Of a stretch of 43,626 nt of DNA, positions 23,395 through 32,395 are shown piece by piece. The DNA is from Acutalibacteraceae bacterium (lineage in GTDB: Bacteria; Bacillota; Clostridia; Oscillospirales; Acutalibacteraceae), in assembly GCA_045601505.1 (NCBI GenBank), contig JAZRZS010000029.1, forward strand, positions 1 to 43,626, read 5' to 3'. The translations under genes and the position numbers were made by a program. The notes below the pieces were generated by a model, which had not been told where the DNA came from, did no database searches, and saw only the letters and a program-made list of their open reading frames with translations. How positions within the stretch are numbered: position 1 is the first letter of the stretch; each line of letters begins with the position of its first letter.

Positions 23395-25260
23395 ATGATT
23401 CAAAAGGGCGGTCTGGCGGCGGTGGCTGTAGTTTTGGCAGTTGCAATGGTGTTTGCTATGACTGCCGCGTGGTATAGCAACGTTATTCAGACCACAGGTC
23501 TTATCTTCAATGTTTCCGAATGGGGACTTGAATCGGGTGTGAATATTGAAAACGAACTGAAAAACGCCGCACCCGGTGAGAGCGGTAAGATTGCACTTGA
23601 AGTGCACAATTCGAGTGACGGTATAATTGATGTTAACCTTAATATTGATAAGGTTGGATTATATAATGATATCGGCGATATGCGTAAGCGTTTGTACTTT
23701 TATATTGATGATACTGCTCAGCGAAACGATGAAACTGTAAACCGCGTGTATCTTAACAGCGAGGAAGAATATTCATATACAGTTCTGGCAAAACAAAAAC
23801 TCATTTTAGGCGAACAGGGTAATAATTTTCCGCTTATGTGGGAATGGGTTTATGATGTTTTGGGGTACTATTTTTATGGCACTGTAACCACCTCTTCTAC
23901 AGCAGAAATTGAAGAATATCTGCGCCCTGTTATATATGATTACGATGCTGCAACATTTTCGAACGGTCAACTTGCAACGGTTGACGGAAGCACAACAGCA
24001 ACAAACTTTATAGCTGAGATTACCGCGAATGACGGGTATGCAGGCACAACTTCAAGAACAGTAAAGAGTTCTGACGGCAAAATTTATTATCCTGTTGAGA
24101 TTGACGAAAACGGCAACGGCGTGTGGATTTATTGCTGCACACTTGGCGAAATCCAGTATGAAAACGTTGTGGATACAAATCTCGGTAATGCTGAGCAGGA
24201 TTTGCGCCGCTTCAGAACTAATCTTAATGTTCTGGCACAGCAGAAGAAACTGACTGTGGCAACGGTTAATTCTGTTGATGAGTTTAAAACCGCATTAGCA
24301 GACGATACACACAATATGGTTGTTTTATCAAATGATATTGTTTTGTCTGAAAAGTTAACAATGGCGCCAGGCAACGAAAAAATTGTAGACCTTGCAACAC
24401 ATACCATTTCAACCGATTTAACAGGGACCCTTGTTGATGCCAAAGAAGGTGCTTCGTTTACACTTATGAACGGTGCAATAAAGGGTAATGATTCTCATTC
24501 CGGAACACTCTTTTCTATTGTGGGTAGCGATGTGGCATTAAGCGGTATGACTATTACCGATGTTGCGGAGGTTGCCAGAATTGCTGATAACGAATCTTCA
24601 AATAATGACACAAAAATGAACATAGTTGATTGCACCATTAATTGTTCGACTTTTGGTATATCTATAAAAGGTAACGGTCCTATAAGTCAGGGTGCAACGT
24701 ATCTTAACATAGAAAACAGCGAGATTATAAGCACCGGCTCATTTGCGCTTGTTGGTAACGGAAGCGTGCTTAAAAACGGTAACTGGGGAACTAATATCTG
24801 TGTTAGCGGAAGTACTCTTAAGGCTAAACACAGTGGTATATATCATCCCCAGCCGGATAGTGTTCTTTTAGTTAAGGATAGCATTATCGAAGGAATGACA
24901 CCGTTTGTTGTAAAGGGTGGCACAGTAACTATTGAAGATACCGAAATCAAAGCAACAAATGATGAAGGAACACAGGAAGAAATACAAGAGCCTTCACTTG
25001 GTGTTAGCGGATATGCAGACACCGGTGCTGCACTTTATGTTGAAACAGGCTATAATTACCTTTGCGATGTTACTTTAATCGGTACGAATAAGTTGACCAG
25101 TTATTACAGTGAAGCAATTTTGCTTTATATGAAGGATAACGAAAATTATAGTATTAAAGTTTCGGGCGGCGATTACAGCCACGATGTTTCTGAATTCCTG
25201 GCAGACGGTTATGTTTGCAAAAAGAATAATGAAAACCGATATGAGGTAACCGCGAAGTGA
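23395..25260 (+). CDS. TasA/camelysin-like N-terminal domain fused to a beta-helix domain (~621 aa)
   Basis: ATG 23395 lies 6 nt after GAGG. ATG 23305, overlapping the sipW-2 stop, is an alternative. Signal is GGLAAVAVVLAVAMVFAMTAAWYSNVIQTTGLIFNVSEW. NAAPGESGKIALEVHNSSDGIIDVNLNI parallels NLKPGD...FENNGSLAI in TasA. The C-terminal half has repetitive beta-helix-like turns and ends GGDYSHDVSEFLADGY. Confidence 0.75.
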   Translation: MIQKGGLAAVAVVLAVAMVFAMTAAWYSNVIQTTGLIFNVSEWGLESGVNIENELKNAAPGESGKIALEVHNSSDGIIDVNLNIDKVGLYNDIGDMRKRLYFYIDDTAQRNDETVNRVYLNSEEEYSYTVLAKQKLILGEQGNNFPLMWEWVYDVLGYYFYGTVTTSSTAEIEEYLRPVIYDYDAATFSNGQLATVDGSTTATNFIAEITANDGYAGTTSRTVKSSDGKIYYPVEIDENGNGVWIYCCTLGEIQYENVVDTNLGNAEQDLRRFRTNLNVLAQQKKLTVATVNSVDEFKTALADDTHNMVVLSNDIVLSEKLTMAPGNEKIVDLATHTISTDLTGTLVDAKEGASFTLMNGAIKGNDSHSGTLFSIVGSDVALSGMTITDVAEVARIADNESSNNDTKMNIVDCTINCSTFGISIKGNGPISQGATYLNIENSEIISTGSFALVGNGSVLKNGNWGTNICVSGSTLKAKHSGIYHPQPDSVLLVKDSIIEGMTPFVVKGGTVTIEDTEIKATNDEGTQEEIQEPSLGVSGYADTGAALYVETGYNYLCDVTLIGTNKLTSYYSEAILLYMKDNENYSIKVSGGDYSHDVSEFLADGYVCKKNNENRYEVTAK

Positions 25261-25276
25261 TTTAAGGAGGCAGGCT

Positions 25277-25792
25277 ATGCAGTTTAAGTGCAAAAAAATA
25301 AGTTTGATATGCCTGCTTGCACTGTTGGTTGTGGTTATTTTTAGTGTGGGCACCGCTTATGCGAGATACAAAACTTCAATTAACCAGACTATAATTTTTG
25401 AGACAAAACTAATAGATGATTCGGGCAAAATTGTTATCAGCTCGGCAGATGGTTGGGTTGAAGGAAATAACAATCTTACCCTTGATTTCGATCTTTCGGG
25501 CGGCGATGCAAAGTCGGGCAGAAAGGCATATCTCCGCCTTACTGCAACCGAAAATTTGGATACATCAGCAACGGTGACCCTGAAGGTTGACGGGGTTGAG
25601 TATCAAGGTGTGCCTTATAGTGTTGAAAACGGCGAACTGCTGCATTTTCAGATGGGTAACGGCACAGAATACCGCTTTATGAGCGAAAATGATGAAATTT
25701 ATTGGAAGCTTTCCGATAAAAAGAGTATGAAACTTACAGTTAGCGGTAAGGGCAATAAATCCCTTTTGCGTTTGGTGGCAAAGGAAAAATAA
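25277..25792 (+). CDS. Small SipW-type signal peptide protein (171 aa), candidate fibre subunit
   Basis: RBS is TAAGGAGG. Signal is KKISLICLLALLVVVIFSVGTAYARYKTSINQTIIFE, which compares with GGT[WYF]A.F.D in TasA/CalY. The mature part is about 140 aa and beta-rich. Confidence 0.7.
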   Translation: MQFKCKKISLICLLALLVVVIFSVGTAYARYKTSINQTIIFETKLIDDSGKIVISSADGWVEGNNNLTLDFDLSGGDAKSGRKAYLRLTATENLDTSATVTLKVDGVEYQGVPYSVENGELLHFQMGNGTEYRFMSENDEIYWKLSDKKSMKLTVSGKGNKSLLRLVAKEK

Positions 25793-25804
25793 GGAGGAAA
25801 CGCA

Positions 25805-27034
25805 GTGACTGCTTTGGGCAAAATTAATCGTATAATGCTGTATGTGGCTGTTGATGTACTTATCTTAGCGGTTATTGCCTTCAGTTGCTTAGGGTTCGCT
25901 CAGGCACGATATAACAACGGCGACATTTCTTCCTATGTGTACGGCACAGAGAAGGTTGATGTCTGCACAATGAGTGAAGAAGGCAAAGTATTTGACTTTG
26001 GTATATGGCAGTTAGGTCAGGGTGACAGTTTTTCTTCCACCGTGATTATTGAAAGTCGGGATGCTTTGAGAGGAACACTCAGGTTTTCACTTGATGAGGA
26101 TACGGCAGATGTTAACGATATTGCAATTCAGATAGACGGTGTCTTTTCATCAAGCCACGGGGAGTACACAGTTAACGAAGAAGACGGTCGTTTAGAATTG
26201 CCGTTCAGCGTTTTCATTTCTCCGACAAACCGAGTGGCTACCGCCTATCTTGATGTTGAGTGGATTGAAAACGGCAGTTCAGAAGTGGCCATGTCCTCAA
26301 GGTATCTTATGGCACTGAATGCCTTTTCAATTGAAGACAAAAACGCGGTTACAGTTGACCAGAACAATACAAAGTTTTTAACCAATGATTTATTGAACGT
26401 GGCAGTTGAAGTTACCGACACGGCAGAGGGTGTCATATTGGCGCCAGGTTCAATAATAACAAATAAATTTTCGGCGGGTATGAAATATTATACCGACCAA
26501 TATCCGCAGGGTGTTATCCTGTTAAAAAGCAGTGCATTGTATTTTTCAGACCTGCAAAACGGAAAACTTAACACGGTTTTAGACCTTGGCGATTATACGG
26601 CTGAGAGCCCCATTAGTTTAACTGCAGGGTTTTCTGAATCAAAATATGTTGTGACCTCGCAAACACCGCTTTCGGTTACAAAAACTTTAACGGTATCAGT
26701 CGAGAAAAAAACCGTTTTATCCCACACAAAGCCGCTTACTGTAACCTTGGAAGAAGCGGCAGCCCTGAGCGACAATGAATGGAATGTGGACGGTTCTGAA
26801 AAATCGGAACTTGAATGGCAGATTGAAAGACTTGTGAACGGTAAATATGTTGCGGTGGAAACAAGTAAAAATCTTACAGTATTGAAAAAACAAACCAATA
26901 ACACGGGCGAGTTGGTTTTATCTACCCCCACGGGCGACCAACCAGCAGGTACGTATCGTATTAAGTTTACACAAAAGTATAACGGATACACAGTAGGCAC
27001 AGAATTTTCGTGGTTCTTTATAGATTATCGTTGA
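25805..27034 (+). CDS. SipW-type signal peptide protein (409 aa)
   Basis: GTG start follows AAGGAGGA. Signal is IMLYVAVDVLILAVIAFSCLGFAQARYNNGDISSYVYG. The body is beta-rich and ends GTYRIKFTQKYNGYTVGTEFSWFFIDYR. Confidence 0.7.
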   Translation: MTALGKINRIMLYVAVDVLILAVIAFSCLGFAQARYNNGDISSYVYGTEKVDVCTMSEEGKVFDFGIWQLGQGDSFSSTVIIESRDALRGTLRFSLDEDTADVNDIAIQIDGVFSSSHGEYTVNEEDGRLELPFSVFISPTNRVATAYLDVEWIENGSSEVAMSSRYLMALNAFSIEDKNAVTVDQNNTKFLTNDLLNVAVEVTDTAEGVILAPGSIITNKFSAGMKYYTDQYPQGVILLKSSALYFSDLQNGKLNTVLDLGDYTAESPISLTAGFSESKYVVTSQTPLSVTKTLTVSVEKKTVLSHTKPLTVTLEEAAALSDNEWNVDGSEKSELEWQIERLVNGKYVAVETSKNLTVLKKQTNNTGELVLSTPTGDQPAGTYRIKFTQKYNGYTVGTEFSWFFIDYR

Positions 27035-27052
27035 TTTTATTAGGAGAAAAAA

Positions 27053-30000
27053 ATGAGAGAATCTGAAAGACAAATTAATATTTACAAGGCGATGTTGCCA
27101 CGGGTGCGAGAGCGGTTAATGGCGGCGTTGGCGTTATTTATTATTGCTATAATAATGACGGTTTTATCATCGTTTGCATGGATTGTTTTATCGGTAAGCC
27201 CCGAAATCAAAGGCATGAACACCATTATAACTGCTAACGGCAACCTTGAAATAGCATTGGCGACAGGTAACACCATTATAGAACCTGCCGATGTGGCGGT
27301 TGGTGACAGCGGTAAGAATTTGTTTGATAAGAACATTACATGGGGTAACCTTATAAATTTGGGAGACCCTGTTTACGGCCTTGAAAACATCGTGCTTCGC
27401 CCTGCAACACTTAACCTGAACTATCTCAGGGATAAGCCTTTGTATGCGGCGGGTTACGGTGCGGACGGTCGTGTTGATATGCTTGAAAACGAGTTTTCCT
27501 ATGCATATTGGAATCAAGACCAGTTCAGTGCGGACGAAAACAGATACGGTGTTCGTGCTGTGGCATCGGTTACATACGGTGAAGTCGGCGGTAACTTGGC
27601 GCTTGCCGAAGCAGTTCGTTTGGCGGAAACAGCCAACAATACCGCGGCATCAAATTTAAGAACATTAACAAAGAACCCCGCTATGCAGGAATTGGTTGGC
27701 TTGATGGCGGCGTATGTTAACGCTCAGATTGAAGAAAAACTGAGTTCAAATAAAGAAGAGCCTATCATTAATGTAACAGTTAGTCAGATTGATGCTATAT
27801 ACTATCTGATGAACGAACTTAAAGCAAATATGGAGTTATCTGCTGACGCATTGGCACAGTCTTTTAATGTTTCTATGTTAAGACGTGCAGGTCGGGAGTA
27901 TACAGTAAGTAATGCATTCACGGGAGAATATCTTCTTAACACTTCTAAGGCTAATATCCAAACCAAATTAGCCCAGAAAAATGCAAGCAAAGAGACTATC
28001 GTTTCTCCTGCTATGTTGAGCAATCTCTGGCAACTTAAAACTGATTATGATTTGGTTAAGTCTGACCTTGCGGTTATCGAGACCTATATCGGCAGAACTG
28101 ACGTTGTATACCGTAATTTACGCGGAAGCGAATACCCCACAATAGAAACCTTCGTTAACCATGTTGCAGAGGTTTCCAGTGTTACGGTTAACGGTGTTGC
28201 TATCGGTTCACTATCTATGTCGAACATTTTTAGTCTTACAGGCGGCGGAACAAAGCCGATAGTTATTAATAAAGGTATTATTCAGCGAATGGATAAGTTC
28301 ACAGGCGCAAAGATTGAATCTGAGCAACTTTCTATGACGGTAATGGGTAGTACCGCAAAAGGCAAGGCGACCACAAGCGCTGCAACACCCTTTGTTTTGC
28401 CGACAGAATATGATAATTCAATAGCCGGTGATACAAGTTATAAGGGTACTGACCCGATTGCAGGCGATACCTTTGGTATGGCTCTTGACTTCTTTGTTCG
28501 TACAAATGCGCCGAATTCTCATTTGATTTTACAGGGTAGTCCTGTATACGGCGAGCGTGACGAGACCGTTACTGTAAAAGTGGAAAACAAAACCGTTAAC
28601 CTTTATACAGTTAAGGTTAACGGCGAAGATGTGATTGCTTATCTTGATACAGATGAAAATGCTTATTATGAGTATGACCGCGAATCAGAGACTGCGGGTG
28701 AAAAACTCGGAACAACCACCGAGTTGACGGAGGCTACCTTACTTACAGAGAAGGTCAGGTATGTTATCGGATATGAGGGTGTGAATCGTGTCTGGGACGA
28801 GGGAGACGGAGTTGAACTCGGCGCTGACAGTACAACACAGGGTGCGGGCAGTTGCTATGTTTTCTATGCAAATTCGCCCGAAGACCAAACAAAATCACTT
28901 CAGTTGTTGCAGTATTTTAAGATTGCCTTTATTGATGAGGACGGCACCTTGCTTGGCACTGCTAATCTGGATACCGAAAATAAGATAGAACAAACAGGTA
29001 AGACAATCGTGCCGCTTGTGGCATCGGTTACCAATGATTACATAACAGGTCAGGACGGTAACCCACTGTACACCATCACAAAACTCACCGAGAACGAGGC
29101 AAAATTCATTACCGCTCTTGTATATCTCGAAGGTGAGGGACTTACAAACGATAAGGTTTTGGCAGCGGGTGAAATCCAAGGTGAACTTAATATTCAGTTT
29201 GGCACCACCGCTGACCTCGATGCTATGGACGATCCTGTCCTTATAGAATCAACATGCCATGTAACTGCTACAATGGAGGGAGACACCTCTGTTAGCATCG
29301 ATAATGCTACAGAAGCAGACCTTACAAAGACTGTTACGGTTAAGGTTGACGGTTATGAGCCGAACAAGGTGGAGGCTTACTTCCTGCGTGAGATTAACAG
29401 TACACAGGGTATCCGTCAAGGAAAGATTACCTTTGAGCAAAATGCGAACGGGGACTGGGTCGGCAGTTATAAATTTACAACATCGGGTAAATATGTTCTG
29501 CGCGAAGTTATGCTTGACGGTATAACCTACGAACTGAACAGCAGCCCGATAGTGTTCACAGTGGAAGGTTTCACTATTTCGAGCGTTTACTGCGAACACA
29601 ACAATAAAACGTATATGACAACCAACAGAAAGTTTGATACATCGGTTAGCATTAATTTTGCTTCCAGTGATCCTTCAAAAATGCCTGCCTCTGTAAAGGG
29701 CGCTTTCATTCACGAAGAAACAGGTAACAGAACAACAGTATACTTTAAACGTACGGTTGGCAGCACTTGGGAAGGCAGCGCTTCCTTTACTACAACAGGT
29801 AAATATAAACTTGAATATCTTGAGTTGGATGACCAGTATGTTGGTTTGTCTGAGGATAAACACGTTACAATTGACCTCTACTTAGGTCTTTCTGCAAGTA
29901 TTTACACAGGCGAAAACAACTTTGCGATTGAAAACGGGCAGGCAAGAGACGTGCCTATGTCCCTGATGATTAAGACCGATACCGGAGAGTCAATCGGTGA

Positions 30001-31681
30001 TCTTACAGGCGTATGGTTACAATATTCCAACAACGGTTCAGGCATTCAGGAAAACGGTATAGGTGCAAGTATGGTATGGAATTCAACCCGTGGAATGTAT
30101 GAAGGTACTTTCCGTCTTGAGAATCCGGGTATTTATAAATACCATTATGTGTCTATTGATTTACAGGGCGAATTAAATTATCTGTATATTGCTGCTGAAT
30201 CGCCGACAATTACCGCTATTTCTTCTACAATACCTGAATATGTAAGCAAATCAGACTTTGGCGAGACATTTGCGCTCAATAACGATGCAACCTTTAAGAT
30301 TCGTATGAGAAATGCTGACTCTGCAACGATTGACGCTGTTCTCAAGAAGCAAACACTGGCAAGAAGCGGCGAAGAAGAAATTTACTATGTTCGCGGCGTT
30401 ATGTCCGACTATGGCGATGAACAGGAATTCACATTTATGGTACCTGTTATTGACGGTGTTCAGAGCGGAACATGGACTCTTGACGGGATTTATATGACCA
30501 ATGTATACGGCGGTAAAAACAACACCTTGTTTGACGGTTCAACCGAAAACGGTCCTGATGTTGATACCCCCGAAAAACCGATGTATACTGTTGCAGATAA
30601 TTACTACTTCAGATGGTGGAAATGGGATATTGAAGATCTCACCAATGAAGGTGAAAGTACCGATGTATCGATAACAGTTATAAGTAATATTGATGTTTCC
30701 CTCTCAGATTCTACCCTCAATGCCAATAGAGATTTTGGTAGGGAAAACAATATAGTTACCGCAACGTTTGGTACGGTGCATAAGTTGGGAGCATTGGAAC
30801 TTAATATCACCGCAGGAAGCGGCAGACCAATCAGTGATTTCGGTTTGAGTGTAACAGGCGTTGAACTGAAGTATAACTACGATCAGACAGGAGTTTCAAA
30901 TTCGGGTGGTACGATTACCAACCCGTTCGGTAGTTATAAGATGACAACAGGTTGGACTGAACTTACCTCGGTTGCTAACACAGAATATATTTATAACAAT
31001 ATCGCTGTGAGTGATAGTGACAACACTAAATATACTATTACCGCTAACAGAACCGATATTTCTATAGCAGGTCGCTATAAGGCGGTAGGCCAGTTAGCAC
31101 TGACAGTTGAGGATTCAAACGGTAAATTGACCGTAATCAATGTTCCTGTTACCGATTTAAGAGCACCGACATTCTATGTCTGGTCAAAGGCTATGAATGT
31201 TTCGGTTAAGTCAATTGCTCCTAATAAGGCTAATCATAAGTCGGTTAACAAGACTGCCGAATCAGAAGTTACCCGTACTTCGTCTTTCAGCGGTAATAAT
31301 GTTAAGATTTACTGTGAAGCACATAAGAGTGGCCAGAATATCGCGTTTGATACCTATCCTCGTGTTGAGTTAACCCTTAGCGATATGGGCGATAAGGCAG
31401 ATAGTATTGAAATGCCGTTTACCAGAACCGGTGGCGGTGAAGTATACCTCTATACAGGTGAAAAAATGAGCGGTAAGGTTACTGGTTACGAGTGGACCAC
31501 TTCTGCTGATTGCACAAGATATGTCGGTCAGTATAAGTCGGCAAGCACCTGTTCAAGCACATCGTTTATAGGTGCCGGAATATTAACAGGTTCTAATATC
31601 AATATAACAATGGGAAATTACACTTATATTATGACGGTTGATACTGTTACTATTAACAACCCGCACATTGAAGACGAATAA
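27053..31681 (+). CDS. Family member 'N' (1542 aa): long-form family core plus a large Ig-like repeat extension (candidate tip or adhesin subunit)
   Basis: RBS is TAGGAGAAAA. Signal is RVRERLMAALALFIIAIIMTVLSSFAWIVLSVSPEIKGMNTIITANGNLEIALA. Motifs shared with E are NITWGNLINL, YGADGRV, GMALDFFVRTNAPNSHLILQ and ALVYLEGEGLTNDK...GELNIQFGT. About 800 additional C-terminal residues follow. Confidence 0.85.
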   Translation: MRESERQINIYKAMLPRVRERLMAALALFIIAIIMTVLSSFAWIVLSVSPEIKGMNTIITANGNLEIALATGNTIIEPADVAVGDSGKNLFDKNITWGNLINLGDPVYGLENIVLRPATLNLNYLRDKPLYAAGYGADGRVDMLENEFSYAYWNQDQFSADENRYGVRAVASVTYGEVGGNLALAEAVRLAETANNTAASNLRTLTKNPAMQELVGLMAAYVNAQIEEKLSSNKEEPIINVTVSQIDAIYYLMNELKANMELSADALAQSFNVSMLRRAGREYTVSNAFTGEYLLNTSKANIQTKLAQKNASKETIVSPAMLSNLWQLKTDYDLVKSDLAVIETYIGRTDVVYRNLRGSEYPTIETFVNHVAEVSSVTVNGVAIGSLSMSNIFSLTGGGTKPIVINKGIIQRMDKFTGAKIESEQLSMTVMGSTAKGKATTSAATPFVLPTEYDNSIAGDTSYKGTDPIAGDTFGMALDFFVRTNAPNSHLILQGSPVYGERDETVTVKVENKTVNLYTVKVNGEDVIAYLDTDENAYYEYDRESETAGEKLGTTTELTEATLLTEKVRYVIGYEGVNRVWDEGDGVELGADSTTQGAGSCYVFYANSPEDQTKSLQLLQYFKIAFIDEDGTLLGTANLDTENKIEQTGKTIVPLVASVTNDYITGQDGNPLYTITKLTENEAKFITALVYLEGEGLTNDKVLAAGEIQGELNIQFGTTADLDAMDDPVLIESTCHVTATMEGDTSVSIDNATEADLTKTVTVKVDGYEPNKVEAYFLREINSTQGIRQGKITFEQNANGDWVGSYKFTTSGKYVLREVMLDGITYELNSSPIVFTVEGFTISSVYCEHNNKTYMTTNRKFDTSVSINFASSDPSKMPASVKGAFIHEETGNRTTVYFKRTVGSTWEGSASFTTTGKYKLEYLELDDQYVGLSEDKHVTIDLYLGLSASIYTGENNFAIENGQARDVPMSLMIKTDTGESIGDLTGVWLQYSNNGSGIQENGIGASMVWNSTRGMYEGTFRLENPGIYKYHYVSIDLQGELNYLYIAAESPTITAISSTIPEYVSKSDFGETFALNNDATFKIRMRNADSATIDAVLKKQTLARSGEEEIYYVRGVMSDYGDEQEFTFMVPVIDGVQSGTWTLDGIYMTNVYGGKNNTLFDGSTENGPDVDTPEKPMYTVADNYYFRWWKWDIEDLTNEGESTDVSITVISNIDVSLSDSTLNANRDFGRENNIVTATFGTVHKLGALELNITAGSGRPISDFGLSVTGVELKYNYDQTGVSNSGGTITNPFGSYKMTTGWTELTSVANTEYIYNNIAVSDSDNTKYTITANRTDISIAGRYKAVGQLALTVEDSNGKLTVINVPVTDLRAPTFYVWSKAMNVSVKSIAPNKANHKSVNKTAESEVTRTSSFSGNNVKIYCEAHKSGQNIAFDTYPRVELTLSDMGDKADSIEMPFTRTGGGEVYLYTGEKMSGKVTGYEWTTSADCTRYVGQYKSASTCSSTSFIGAGILTGSNINITMGNYTYIMTVDTVTINNPHIEDE
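29335..30515 (+). repeat. Four tandem ~100-aa beta-sandwich-like repeats (coding) in protein N
   Basis: The recurring motif is W/Y-x-G-S/T-x-x-F/L-x3-G-x-Y-x-L/Y-x2-h. The copies are DWVGSYKFTTSGKYVLREVML, TWEGSASFTTTGKYKLEYLEL, MYEGTFRLENPGIYKYHYVSI and VQSGTWTLDGIYMTNV. Confidence 0.6.
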
Positions 31682-31704
31682 ATTTTAATAAAAGGGGGAT
31701 ATAA

Positions 31705-32379
31705 ATGGAATTTATTATGATTCTATCCGCTATAGCAATGTTTTTGCTTATGCTTTTAAGACGCGGAAGATACAATATCTCCCTTTTAAAAACCGTTCTC
31801 ATAGTTTTTTTGGTGGCGGTTTTAGGGGTTCTTTCAACCTGTTTGCTTTACTTTATTGAAAATGGCGAATGGGGCGGGAAATCGTTTTTTGGGGCGGTTT
31901 TGTTTCTGCCTGTAATATTCTCCGCCCTATCAAGAGTATTTAAGGTTGAAGTTTCTGTTATGATGGATTTCATAGCACCGCCGGGGCTTCTTATGTTTGC
32001 TGTTATGAAGGCAAACTGTACTGTTTCGGGTTGTTGTTCAGGTAGACTTTTAGGCTACACTGCTGGTAGGGCAATTTATTTTCCAAGCCCGACAGTAGAG
32101 GCGTTAACAACACTTTTGCTCGTTGGAATTTTGCTTTTCTTTGAGTATAGGGGAAAAACTGAAAATCTCTTATATCCGATTAGTTTAGTATCTTATGGGA
32201 TTTTGAGGTTTGTTCTGAACTTTTTTCGCTTGCCAGAGGAACCGTTTTTATTAGGATTGCAAAAGGGCAGTGTCTGGTCATTGATTGCCGTTATCGGAGG
32301 GCTTACCTGGATTCTGATTTCAAAGTATATTGAAATTGACAAAAAATATAAAGAATTTAAAAATAGCGATTGTGTTTGA
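31705..32379 (+). CDS. Lgt-family (prolipoprotein diacylglyceryl transferase-like) polytopic membrane protein, divergent
   Basis: RBS is AAGGGGGA. The protein has about 6-7 TM helices. KANCTVSGCCSG compares with R-I-G-C-F-L-x-G-C-C-Y-G of Firmicute Lgt. FPSPTVEAL compares with hPTQLYE. YGILRFVLNFFR compares with Y-x3-RF-x2-EF-x-R. Confidence 0.55.
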   Translation: MEFIMILSAIAMFLLMLLRRGRYNISLLKTVLIVFLVAVLGVLSTCLLYFIENGEWGGKSFFGAVLFLPVIFSALSRVFKVEVSVMMDFIAPPGLLMFAVMKANCTVSGCCSGRLLGYTAGRAIYFPSPTVEALTTLLLVGILLFFEYRGKTENLLYPISLVSYGILRFVLNFFRLPEEPFLLGLQKGSVWSLIAVIGGLTWILISKYIEIDKKYKEFKNSDCV

Positions 32380-32395
32380 AACTAAGGAGAGGCTT

